In this document: positions 30,045 to 39,340 of the stretch, piece after piece
Layout: each line of letters opens with the position of its first letter
Numbering within the stretch: the first letter of the stretch is position 1
Assembly (NCBI GenBank): GCA_964509455.1
Contig: CAZDXS010000125.1
Location: 1 to 52,987, forward strand
DNA: 52,987 nt
DNA from: an uncultured Enterobacteriaceae bacterium
GTDB taxonomy: Bacteria; Pseudomonadota; Gammaproteobacteria; Eutrophobiales; Eutrophobiaceae
Direction: 5' to 3'
The notes under the pieces: model-generated
Told to the model about the DNA's origin: nothing
The model's database searches: none
Seen by the model: only the letters and a program-made list of their open reading frames with translations
Position numbers and translations under genes: made by a program

Positions 30045-31400
30045 ATGACAATTTTTCTGTTCCTGGCGGCGCTGACCGTTACCGGTTGCCTTGTCTGCAA
30101 GAGGCCGGGGATATTGGTTTTTGCCCCCGTTTTCTTCTTTACCCCCTACAAGGCGTTAGCGGAAAAAACCGGCGTGTTTCCCCACATTAACGTATATCAC
30201 CTGCTGGTTGTCCTCATCCTGCTTTTCGGAATGTTTATTCATACCCCCCCAAGACCGTGGCAACTTTCCATCATGTTGAAAGACAAGTTGTTTGCGGCGC
30301 TGGGGTTGTTGTGGCTGGTGAGCGCCGTGTACGGACTAGGGTCTGCTTCCGAAAGCCAGCTGGCGAATTTTCTTACGTTTTCGTACGGTTTCTTTCTCTT
30401 TTTCATTTACGGGCTGGTCATCTTCGACAAGCGGTTCATTGAAAATTTCAGCCTGGGGTTTTTGTATTTTGGTTTCCTGTTCCTCTTCATCATGGTCTTC
30501 GTGCTGGGCGTCGCCCCAACTGATTTGACGGACGCCCGCAGCATCCTGTCTTATGTAGGCGCTTATGAGGCCGGCATCTCAGGCGCATTTTCCTGGGAGA
30601 TACGAGCCGAAATAGTAAAAGGCGTGGCCGTTATGAACCCCAACAGCCACGGTTTCTATGCCGCGTTGCTGGCGCTTGTTGCTTTCATACAACTCGTGCG
30701 GGAACCCAGGTTTATCATGCAAGTTGTTTTCCTGCTTTTGTTTGCCGTAAGCATCTATTGGCTGGCGCTGTCGGCCTCCCGAGGGAGCATTTTAGCGTTA
30801 GCCGTCTCGATGATCTGCTACGCGACGTTGTCGGGGAAATCATTGCTGACAAGGATAAAACGCATGTCGGTTTTCGCCGTGGCCTGCGGAGTCGGAGTCG
30901 CCACCGTGGCGATCGGAAATGTCCAACTGGTCACCGAACGGCTCCTGGCGTTGCTCAATCCAAGTTATCTCATCAACCTGCCGCGCTTTCACTGGTATGA
31001 GCAACTGGTCCAGCTGTTCCCTGAATATTTCCTTGTGGGGGCGGGCGTGGGACAATGGGCGGAAAAAATAGGATTCAGCTACGACAACATACATCCTCAC
31101 AGCATAGTTGTCCAACTCCTGCTGGAGCTCGGGATCATGGGCGCTCTCCTGCTGGTATTGCTTTACATCGGCGGCGCCCTGGCGTTCTTGCGCGTGATCA
31201 GGAACGACGGGTTGCCTGCGGCGGCGCATGCGCTGGCAATGGGGTGGTTGCTGTGCCTGGTTTTTCTTCACGTGGACACGAGCGTGTGGGGCCGGACGCT
31301 CCCTTTTCTTCCATTCTCGGCGGCGCTGATAGCCATCAACTCCAGGTATGCGGAACGCGGCCTGAGCAGGGAGATGTTGCCGGCGCGGGCGATGCCGTGA
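30045..31400 (+). CDS. Wzy polymerase / O-antigen ligase family membrane protein
   Basis: About 11-12 TM segments; NPN, SASRGS, G.G.G, HPHS...LLLELGIMG motifs; visibly more AT-rich than neighbours. Confidence 0.85.
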   Translation: MTIFLFLAALTVTGCLVCKRPGILVFAPVFFFTPYKALAEKTGVFPHINVYHLLVVLILLFGMFIHTPPRPWQLSIMLKDKLFAALGLLWLVSAVYGLGSASESQLANFLTFSYGFFLFFIYGLVIFDKRFIENFSLGFLYFGFLFLFIMVFVLGVAPTDLTDARSILSYVGAYEAGISGAFSWEIRAEIVKGVAVMNPNSHGFYAALLALVAFIQLVREPRFIMQVVFLLLFAVSIYWLALSASRGSILALAVSMICYATLSGKSLLTRIKRMSVFAVACGVGVATVAIGNVQLVTERLLALLNPSYLINLPRFHWYEQLVQLFPEYFLVGAGVGQWAEKIGFSYDNIHPHSIVVQLLLELGIMGALLLVLLYIGGALAFLRVIRNDGLPAAAHALAMGWLLCLVFLHVDTSVWGRTLPFLPFSAALIAINSRYAERGLSREMLPARAMP

Positions 31401-31681
31401 TTTCCCTTATCGTGACCGGCCGCAACGACAGCCGGCGACTTCCCCCGGCGCTGGACAGCATAGTGCGCGTCGTTGCGGCAACTGCCCCGCCGGAAATCAT
31501 TGATGCGGGTTCCAACTCTGCCGCCGGCACATTCAAGGGCGGCCGGTCGCTGTTCGGGCGTCCGGATATTACGCTTGACGGCCCCCGCCAATACGGCTTC
31601 TTCTTTTGCCGGCCGCATGAACCGATGCCGGACTATGTCAAGGCAGACGCTGAAAGGGAGAGCGCGGCCGGGCGCACTTGA
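31397..31681 (+). pseudogene. Truncated GT2 glycosyltransferase relic
   Basis: GTG overlaps the wzy stop (GTGA). ISLIVTGRND..RL..ALDSI....EIIDAGS is a GT2 N-terminus, but the ORF ends after 94 aa without a DxD motif. Confidence 0.6.
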
Positions 31682-31815
31682 ATGACCGGCATCCCGTTAG
31701 GCGAGGGCGGCCCGTGCCTGCGCACCGCAACAAAGTCTAACTCCACGACCGGATCTTGCAAGGCCGGCAGCAAGCGCGGCGAGGACTGCCCGGCCCTGCG
31801 CCCGGAACATCACTG

Positions 31816-33162
31816 ATGGAAACAGGGAAAACCGCTCACCCGCCCGCCGGCGGCCGCCAGGAAGTGGCGATCCTGCTGGGTACTCATGGAATGAACCTGG
31901 TCCTCGCCATACTGACTCAAAGCCTCCTTGCTTATGCGCTGTTGCCCGAGGGGCGGGGCGAATACGCCGTCTGCGTGCTGTTCGGAGAGCTTGCCAGCCT
32001 CATCATGGCCCTGGGTTACAATCGCGGCGCCCAGTATTTCATCATGACGGGACAGCTCAGCGTCTCCCAGGCCCTGGCGACGACGCTCATTTTCTGCCTG
32101 GCCGGCAGCCTCATAACCGTCCCTGCGGCCATGCTCCTGGTTCACAGCGACTTGACATTTTTCAGCAACGCCGACACGACGTTTTTCTACACGGCCCTGT
32201 GGCTGATTCCCACGTCTTTCCTGGTCTCCGCCCTGATCATGCAACTGGAGGGATTGAGGCGTTTCAAGCGACTGGCCCTGCTTCATTTTCTGCGTTCGAC
32301 GACGGGCGCACTCGCCGTTGTGGCGCTGGTGTGGGTATTGGAGGCAGGCGTCAAGGGCGCACTCGCGGCGCTGGTGTTGGGGAACCTGGTGATGATCGGC
32401 GCCGGTGTCGTGAGCCTGGGGCGTCGTTACGGCCTGGCCTGGCGGTTGCCCAACCTGAAACAACAGGCAGGCCTGCTCGGTTTCGGGCTGAAAGAGTACC
32501 TGGGCACCCTGGGCAAGGCCACTGACAACCGGCTGGGCAGCCTGTTGTTGGGGGCGGCGGGCGGCAGTCGCACCGACATCGGCTTGTTCGCCGTGGGCAA
32601 CGTTGTGGTGACCAGAGTCATCCTGCTGTCCACGGCAATCAGCGCCTACCTGTTGCCGCGAGTGGCCGCAGACGGGGGAAAAAGGCCGGAGCTTACGGCC
32701 TTTTGCGCCCGCATCACCTGGCTGACGGCAGGGGCGGCGTTGCTGGCGTGGGTCGCCGTCAGCAGCCATGCGGTGCCGTTGCTCCTGTCGGAGGCCTTTA
32801 CCCCGGTAACCCGGCTGACCTGGATCATGTCCGTCGGCATACTGGCTTACGCCGGCGCCGGAATTTTTGCCGCGTACTTTCGGGGCGTCAACCGCCCCCA
32901 GATCTATTCCTGCGCCATCTGGATCGGACTGGTCGCCAATGTCATACTCTTTTTCTTCCTGTACCCGAAATGGGGGTTGGCGGGAGTCGCCTGGGCCTTG
33001 ACCGGCGGCTTCATTTGCCGCAGCCTGGTCCTGTGGGGCCTGTTCCACAAGATTACCGGGTTGCCCATATCCGCTACCCTGTTGCCCAGGGGTTCCGACG
33101 CGGCGTACCTGTTCACTTCAGCCCAAAGTCTGGCGCGCCAGGCGTGGAGGCGCCGCCCATGA
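31816..33162 (+). CDS. wzx: Wzx-type oligosaccharide flippase
   Basis: About 12-13 TM segments; AYALLPEGRGEY; DIGLFAV; PKWGLAG.AWA (MATE/Wzx pattern). Confidence 0.85.
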   Translation: METGKTAHPPAGGRQEVAILLGTHGMNLVLAILTQSLLAYALLPEGRGEYAVCVLFGELASLIMALGYNRGAQYFIMTGQLSVSQALATTLIFCLAGSLITVPAAMLLVHSDLTFFSNADTTFFYTALWLIPTSFLVSALIMQLEGLRRFKRLALLHFLRSTTGALAVVALVWVLEAGVKGALAALVLGNLVMIGAGVVSLGRRYGLAWRLPNLKQQAGLLGFGLKEYLGTLGKATDNRLGSLLLGAAGGSRTDIGLFAVGNVVVTRVILLSTAISAYLLPRVAADGGKRPELTAFCARITWLTAGAALLAWVAVSSHAVPLLLSEAFTPVTRLTWIMSVGILAYAGAGIFAAYFRGVNRPQIYSCAIWIGLVANVILFFFLYPKWGLAGVAWALTGGFICRSLVLWGLFHKITGLPISATLLPRGSDAAYLFTSAQSLARQAWRRRP

Positions 33163-35441
33163 GAGTTTTATGCCTTCTCCATACGGCAACGGACCCGCGT
33201 ATCGCCATGCGCATTGATATGCTAAAGCGCGAGGATGTGGAAGTCGAGGTGCTGGCGTTCGAGCGCGGTCACGACCATGAATTCGGCCGGGCGCCGGATT
33301 GCCCCACCGAGCGACTGGGCTTGCTTCCTGCTCGAAAGTATTTTTCCCGCCTGCCCCGATTGATTCGCTCCGCGCGAACGGTCAGGGCCGCCGTTCGGCG
33401 CAACGACATCGTCTATGCTTTCAGCCCGGACATGGCTTTTCTAGGACTGACGGCGGGAGCGAAGCTGGGACGGCCGCTGCTGATCGAAATCGCCGACGTC
33501 CAGGCGATACAGGTGGAACATGGATGGCGCGGGCGCCTGGTGCGGTCGCTGGAAAAAAAGGCCGTAGATCACTGCCGCTTGTTGGTGCTGACGTCGGAGG
33601 AGTATCTTTTTTACTACCGGGAGTTGCTGTCGTCAGACGCGCCCGCCATGATCATCGAGAACAAGTTGTCGCCGGACTTCACTGCCGCGCTCCCCGGAAT
33701 ATCCCCGCCCGAGCCGACGGAGGAAGCAACCGCCGACAAGCCCCTGCGGCTCGGGTGGTTCGGGCGGTTGCGCGACGAGTGGACCTTGCAACTGCTGGAG
33801 ACCCTGGCCGGCCGAGCGCGGCGGTTCCATATTGTTATCGCCGGAACGCCGGCCCCGCTTTTGAAAGACGCCGAGCGGCGAATTATCGACAATCCCGCTT
33901 TTGAATACTTGGGCGGATATAACCACCCGCAGGACCTGCCCGCTCTTTACAGCCGCATCGACCTGAGCCTGGATTGTTATCCTCCCAAAGCGCCCAACGG
34001 CTGGTCCCGGGCCAACCGGTATTATGAGGCGTGCTTGTTTCGCAAGCCCCTGCTCGCGCGCGGCGGCACTGCGGACGCCGCCAACGTGGAACGGCGCGAC
34101 ATCGGCTTGAGTTTCCCCAGCGCGGACGTCAACGAAGCCGCCGATCTTGTGGAGCGTATTGCGCCGGCAGACCTGGTGCGCTGGAGGGAAAATCTGGCCG
34201 CGTTGCCGCCGGCGACCTACACGCTGACGCGGGAAGCGGAAGACCTGCACGAGGCGCTCGCCCGCATCGGTTCCGCCCCGCCCCGAGATTCCGCCCGGGC
34301 GCCGCGGCGGGGCGCCGTAAAGATCCTTTGTCTGCTCTCGACGGCAGTGGCGCCCCGGGTCGCCAAGCGCATCGACATGCTAAAGCGCGAGGGTTTCGAA
34401 GTCGAGGCGCTGGCTTTCAAGCGCCGCCACGACCGCGAGTTTGGTCGCACTCCGGATTGCCCCGTTGAATGGCTGGGGCAGATTTCTCCCCGGGAATATT
34501 TTCTTCGAATCCCTAAACTGTTGCTGGCGACCGGCAAGGTCAGAGCCGCCGTTCGACGGAACGATGTAACGTACGCTTTCGGGCCGGACATGGGCTTCCT
34601 CGGCCTGCTGGCGGGGATGGGACTGGGCTGCCCACGGGTAATCGAGACCGCCGACATTCAAAAGATACAGATGGCGCCGGGATGGCCGGGAAAAATAGTG
34701 CGAATCCTGGAAAAAACAGCCGTGGACCGATGCCGCCTGCTGGTGCTGACGTCCGCCGGCTATCGCTCTTATTACCGGGAGTTGCTGTCGTCAAGTGCGC
34801 CCATCATGGTCATCGAAAACAAGTTGTCTCCGGAATTCGCCGCAACGGTTCCCAAGGCGCCCGCCCCCGTAGAGGGGCCCGCCGCCGGCGCCCGCTTGCG
34901 AATCGGATGGTTCGGGCGGTTGCGCGACGAGTGGACCTTGCAACTGCTGGAGGCCCTGGCGGAGCGCCCCCGGCGCTTCCATATCGTTATCGCCGGAACG
35001 CTTGACCCGCTTTTGAAAGACGCTGAGCGGCGGGTTGTTGACAATCCCGCTTTCGAATACCTGGGCGGCTATCATCACCCGCAGGACCTGCCCGATCTGT
35101 ACCGCCGCATCGACCTGACCCTGGCGTGTCACTCTCCCGAGTTGCCTCGCGGCTGGTCCCAGACCAACCGCTACTATGACGCATGCCTGTTCCGCAAGCC
35201 CCTGGTGGTGCGCACCGGCAGCATGGACGCCGCCTGCGTGGAAAAGCACGACATCGGCCTGAGCCTCAACAGCGCGGCGCCCGGGGAAGCCGCCGCGCTC
35301 GTGGAACGCATTTCACTCGCGGACCTGGCGCGCTGGCGCAAAAACCTTGCCGCGTTGCCGTCGTCGGTGTATGTTCTGGGGCAAGAAGCAGGGGACCTGC
35401 GCGATGCGCTCACCCAAATTCATTCCGAGGGAGGCAAGTAG
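33159..35441 (+). CDS. Tandem-duplicated ExoL-like GT-B glycosyltransferase (two full domains, 760 aa)
   Basis: ATG overlaps the wzx stop (ATGA). Domain 1 begins MRVLCLLHTATDPRIAMRIDMLK; domain 2 (from ~34317) begins VKILCLLSTAVAPRVAKRIDMLK. Both contain ENKL, GWFGRLR, GGY..PQDLP..Y and NRYY. Confidence 0.85.
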   Translation: MRVLCLLHTATDPRIAMRIDMLKREDVEVEVLAFERGHDHEFGRAPDCPTERLGLLPARKYFSRLPRLIRSARTVRAAVRRNDIVYAFSPDMAFLGLTAGAKLGRPLLIEIADVQAIQVEHGWRGRLVRSLEKKAVDHCRLLVLTSEEYLFYYRELLSSDAPAMIIENKLSPDFTAALPGISPPEPTEEATADKPLRLGWFGRLRDEWTLQLLETLAGRARRFHIVIAGTPAPLLKDAERRIIDNPAFEYLGGYNHPQDLPALYSRIDLSLDCYPPKAPNGWSRANRYYEACLFRKPLLARGGTADAANVERRDIGLSFPSADVNEAADLVERIAPADLVRWRENLAALPPATYTLTREAEDLHEALARIGSAPPRDSARAPRRGAVKILCLLSTAVAPRVAKRIDMLKREGFEVEALAFKRRHDREFGRTPDCPVEWLGQISPREYFLRIPKLLLATGKVRAAVRRNDVTYAFGPDMGFLGLLAGMGLGCPRVIETADIQKIQMAPGWPGKIVRILEKTAVDRCRLLVLTSAGYRSYYRELLSSSAPIMVIENKLSPEFAATVPKAPAPVEGPAAGARLRIGWFGRLRDEWTLQLLEALAERPRRFHIVIAGTLDPLLKDAERRVVDNPAFEYLGGYHHPQDLPDLYRRIDLTLACHSPELPRGWSQTNRYYDACLFRKPLVVRTGSMDAACVEKHDIGLSLNSAAPGEAAALVERISLADLARWRKNLAALPSSVYVLGQEAGDLRDALTQIHSEGGK

Positions 35442-35552
35442 CGCCAGCGCAAAACGTCGGTTGCCGCCCGTCCTGCCAAGCGCCGGGAATGCGCGATGAA
35501 GTCAGCAACGACCAGATTATCTCCCGTGCGCCGCCGGCCCGGGCGGCGCCGG

Positions 35553-36629
35553 CTATTCGAAGAGAGATTGTTGCCGGCCCGCGACCGCGGGCGGCTTAAA
35601 CAGCCCCGTGTTCAGTTCAAGGCGGCGGTCGCCGTTCAGCCCGAACTTGCGACAGGCGCTCTGAAAACGCGCCCGGATTAAATCGGCGAACACGCCGTTG
35701 CCGCGCATGCGGGAGAAATACTCCGGGTCGTTTTCGCGCCCGGAGCGCAACTCGCGTATGATGCTGAACACATGCTCCGTTTTCCCCGGTTCGTGGGTCT
35801 CCAGCCATTCTCGAAACAGCGGCCTGACCTCGTGCGGCAGGCGCAACACGACGTATCCCGCCGTTGCGGCTCCCGCCTGCGCGGCTTGCTCTAACACGGT
35901 TTCCATTTCCGCGTCATTGATGACGGGGATGACCGGCGCGAACAGCACGCCCGCCGGCACGCCGGCGTCGTTCAGCGCGGCCAGCGCGCCCAGGCGCCGG
36001 GCGGGCGAAGAGGCCCGGGGCTCCAGGCGCCGCGCCAGGTCCTGGCGCAGGGAGGTAATGGACAGGTACGCCTTGACCAGCCCCTGTTCCGCCATGGGCT
36101 GGAGCAGGTCCAGGTCCCGTTCAATCAGCCAGGATTTAGTGACGATGGACAGGGGGTGCCGGCAATCGTGCAACACCTGGATGACGTCCCGGGTGATGCG
36201 CAGGCCCCGTTCTATGGGCTGGTAAGGGTCCGTGTTGGCGCCCAGGGCGATGGGTGCGCAGGCGTAGCCCGGCTTGGCCAACTCATCGCGCAACAACTCC
36301 GCCGCGTTGGTCTTGGCGAACAGCTTCGTCTCAAAATCAATGCCCGGGGATAAATCCAGGTAGGCGTGAGTGGGCCGGGCGTAGCAGTACACGCAACCAT
36401 GCTCGCAACCCCGGTAGGGATTGATCGAGGCCGTGAAAGGGATATCCGGCGATTGATTGCGCGAGATGATCGTGCGCGCGTTCTCCCGAAACACTTCGGT
36501 GGCGGGCGCCGGCCCGTTCTCGGCGTCCCCGTCCCAGCCGTCGTCAACATCCTGGCGCTGATGCTCCAAGAACCGGGCGTCTATGCGCGACGGGGTTCCC
36601 CGGCCTTTTATGGGCTTGGCGGCGGTCAT
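35553..36629 (-). CDS. PA0069-family radical SAM protein
   Basis: SINPYRGCEHGCVYCYARPTH (CxxxCxxC), NTDPYQP.E. Confidence 0.93.
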   Translation of the reverse strand: MTAAKPIKGRGTPSRIDARFLEHQRQDVDDGWDGDAENGPAPATEVFRENARTIISRNQSPDIPFTASINPYRGCEHGCVYCYARPTHAYLDLSPGIDFETKLFAKTNAAELLRDELAKPGYACAPIALGANTDPYQPIERGLRITRDVIQVLHDCRHPLSIVTKSWLIERDLDLLQPMAEQGLVKAYLSITSLRQDLARRLEPRASSPARRLGALAALNDAGVPAGVLFAPVIPVINDAEMETVLEQAAQAGAATAGYVVLRLPHEVRPLFREWLETHEPGKTEHVFSIIRELRSGRENDPEYFSRMRGNGVFADLIRARFQSACRKFGLNGDRRLELNTGLFKPPAVAGRQQSLFE

Positions 36630-36654
36630 TGCCGGTGATGGCGCGGCGCCGGGC

Positions 36655-37851
36655 TCATTTCATCAAGCGCAGGTACCAGTCGATGAAACCGCGCGTATAG
36701 GCTTCCATTTCGGTATAGGGCCCCGGCTGGTAGAAGCGCGAGTTAACGCCTTTCTGGTTGTCCTCGATGATGCGCTTGTCCGCCGCGGTGGTGACGTCCC
36801 AGAGCCAGGTCAGCTCGTCCAACTGGTAATCTTCCCCCTCCTGCGCTGTTTCATTGACCAGCCAGATTACGTCGCAGACGGTGTCGGCAACGCCCAGCGG
36901 CCTGAAGTGATAGACCACCACGTGGTCGCAATAGGCCAGGAAGAACGTAACCGGCCCCACCTGTATATCGGTTGCGCCGCCGTCATAGCCGCGAATGTCG
37001 CCCAACAGGGGCGCCACCGGCTTGCCGTCGCGGCTGCCCGTGACGAACCCCTTGAACAGGGGATAGCGGTCAAAGCCGCGCTCGATGCCGATGCCGCCGG
37101 CGTCCAGCCAGCTCTTGTCGATGCAGTGCCGGGTCAGCCCGGCCCGTTCCCCCCTGGCCATTACCTGCTCCAGCAGGTCGGCGACGTCCTCGTCCGGCAC
37201 GGCGCGGCCGTGCCCCTCGCTGTACTCGGGATGGGCGGGCAGGCAGTGATAACATTCGCAGTAGTTTTCCACCGCCAGTTTCCAGTTGGCCTGGATGCGG
37301 TAGCTGTGCTGGTGCGCGACCTTGGCCCGCTCCAGGCCGTAGGGGCGCAGGCATTCATCCAGGTCCTGCCGCACGGCGGCGAACGGGGCGGGACGCTGGG
37401 AAAAATTGACGAACACAAGACCGTGCAACACCTCCAGATGCACTTCCCGCAACCCGTATTCCGACTTGCGAAAACCGGGGGGCGCGTGGGCGACGGTGCG
37501 CAGGGCGCCGTCCAGTTGATACGTCCAGCCGTGGTAGGGACATACCAGCAACCGGCGCCGGCCGCGGGGCTCCAGGCATACGCGGGAACCGCGATGGCGG
37601 CAGACGTTCACCAGGGCTTTCAGCGCATCCTCGGCGCAACGAATGACGATCACGGATTCATCGGCCGCCTCGTAGAGAAAATAATCGCCCACCCGGGAGA
37701 CCTGGCTGAGATGCCCGGCATAAAGCCAGGACTCCATGAAAAGACGCTCCAACTCCCGCTGATAAACGGCGTCGCTCCGGTAGAACTCCTGTTGCAGGGA
37801 GACGCCCGGGGGTTGCCCGCCGACCAGCCGCTCCAGTGCGCCCGCGCTCAT
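36655..37851 (-). CDS. Rieske non-heme iron oxygenase alpha subunit (GbcA/N-demethylase-like clade)
   Basis: CRHRG...CPYHGW Rieske motif; NWKL..ENY.ECYHC...H mononuclear Fe site; D..I.E.NQ.G. Start 37851 or 37875. Confidence 0.9.
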   Translation of the reverse strand: MSAGALERLVGGQPPGVSLQQEFYRSDAVYQRELERLFMESWLYAGHLSQVSRVGDYFLYEAADESVIVIRCAEDALKALVNVCRHRGSRVCLEPRGRRRLLVCPYHGWTYQLDGALRTVAHAPPGFRKSEYGLREVHLEVLHGLVFVNFSQRPAPFAAVRQDLDECLRPYGLERAKVAHQHSYRIQANWKLAVENYCECYHCLPAHPEYSEGHGRAVPDEDVADLLEQVMARGERAGLTRHCIDKSWLDAGGIGIERGFDRYPLFKGFVTGSRDGKPVAPLLGDIRGYDGGATDIQVGPVTFFLAYCDHVVVYHFRPLGVADTVCDVIWLVNETAQEGEDYQLDELTWLWDVTTAADKRIIEDNQKGVNSRFYQPGPYTEMEAYTRGFIDWYLRLMK

Positions 37852-37899
37852 GGTCTTGCCGCCGGCGGCGGGCATGGACTTTGCCGGGTCACGACGTTC

Positions 37900-39294
37900 T
37901 CACACACCGCGCAGGTACCACTCGTAATCCCGGTTGCTGACCTGCTGGTGGAACCGCTCACATTCGCTGCGGCGAACGAGCGCATAGACGCGGCAAAACT
38001 CCTCGCCCAGGTAGTCGGGCAGTATACTGCTTTCCTTGAACCGGTCCAGCGCCGCGTCCCAGCGCCGCGGCAGGGTCGCTTCTTGCCGCTCCAGCAGGGC
38101 GCCCTCGGCGACCATGGCGCTGGGCTCGCAACGGTTGACAATGCCGTGGTGAACGCCGGCCAGGATGGCGGCCGCTACCAGGTACGGGTTGGCGTCGGCG
38201 CCGGCCGCCCGGTGTTCGATGCGCATGTTCGCATGGTCGCAAACCGGCAGGCGCAGGGCAACGGCGCGATGATTGTATCCCCAGTCCGGGGCCAGGGGCG
38301 CAAAAGACTCCGGTTGCAGGCGGCGATAGGAGTTGGCGTTGGGAGCGAAAATCGCCATGGACTCGGCCATGGTTTGTTGCAACCCGCCGATGGCGTGTTT
38401 CAGCGCGGCGGAAACCGCCGGCCTGGTTTTTGCCCTGGGGTTGGCGAAGACGTTGCGGCCCTGCGAGTCAAGCAGGCTGAGGTGCACGTGCAGGCCGCTG
38501 CCGGCGCTCTCGGCAAACGGTTTCGCCATGAACGCCGCGCCCAACCCGTGTTGCCGGGCGGCGCCTTTGATGATGCGTTTCAGCATTACGCCATGGTCGC
38601 AGGCGACGACGGGGTCGTCCACGTGGCGCAAGTTGATTTCAAACTGCCCCGGCGCAAATTCCGGCAACGCCGTGTTGGCGGGCACGCGCTGCGCCTCGCA
38701 GTACCGCTGTACGTCCATGAACAGCGCATCGCAGTCCCACAGGTCCTCCAGGGAGCCGTATTGCAGTCCTTCCTGCCGAAGCCCGGTGCCGGGGATGCCG
38801 CCCAGTTGCGGCCGCGGCGCGGCGGCGGCGCCGGGCGCCAGCAGGTAGAATTCGAACTCCATTGCGACCACGGCGCGAAAGCCTGCGTCCCGCAACCTGG
38901 CGTCGACGCGTTGCAACACGCAACGCGGGTCGGCGAACCAGGGGGCGCCCTCCAGGTCCCGCAACAGGACCAGCGTCTGCGCCACGGCGTCCTGGCCCAG
39001 CCAGGGCGCAGGCGCCAGGGCGCCGGCCACCGGGCGGCTCATGATGTCCGGGTCGCCGTCCCGGGTGCCGATGTCCAGTTCAAAGGCAATTTCGCCGCGG
39101 CTGTCCACCAGCGGGGTGGAGGCGCAGACCTTGAGCCCCTCCCGGTACAGCGCTTCCGCCTCGTCCCAGGCAACCCGCTTGCCGCGCAGTATGCCGTTCA
39201 CGTCGGGCAACAGGACCTCGACCATTTTCACTTGCGGGTGTTTGCGCCGAAACGCCCGCAGTTCTCTCATGCCGCCCTGTCCGCTTTTTTTCAT
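37900..39294 (-). CDS. Glutamine synthetase-like gamma-glutamyl-amine ligase (PuuA-like)
   Basis: D.NG.LRGK, EFEFYL, EFAPGQFEINL.H, FMAKP...AGSGLH.H, NSYRR, RIEHR..GADANPYL, C-terminal EWYL. Confidence 0.9.
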   Translation of the reverse strand: MKKSGQGGMRELRAFRRKHPQVKMVEVLLPDVNGILRGKRVAWDEAEALYREGLKVCASTPLVDSRGEIAFELDIGTRDGDPDIMSRPVAGALAPAPWLGQDAVAQTLVLLRDLEGAPWFADPRCVLQRVDARLRDAGFRAVVAMEFEFYLLAPGAAAAPRPQLGGIPGTGLRQEGLQYGSLEDLWDCDALFMDVQRYCEAQRVPANTALPEFAPGQFEINLRHVDDPVVACDHGVMLKRIIKGAARQHGLGAAFMAKPFAESAGSGLHVHLSLLDSQGRNVFANPRAKTRPAVSAALKHAIGGLQQTMAESMAIFAPNANSYRRLQPESFAPLAPDWGYNHRAVALRLPVCDHANMRIEHRAAGADANPYLVAAAILAGVHHGIVNRCEPSAMVAEGALLERQEATLPRRWDAALDRFKESSILPDYLGEEFCRVYALVRRSECERFHQQVSNRDYEWYLRGV

Positions 39295-39340
39295 GGTGAT
39301 TGCCGTTGCTTTTTCATTCCGCGCGCCGCCGGGCGCCCGC

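Noticed and set aside
32703-33158. N-terminal 152 aa of the 912-aa ORF
   Set aside because: Overlaps wzx in another frame; the true start is the ATGA-coupled ATG at 33159.
37900-39294. glnA call
   Set aside because: Has PuuA-type features (LRGKR, C-terminal EWYL) and lacks the GSI adenylylation-region pattern.
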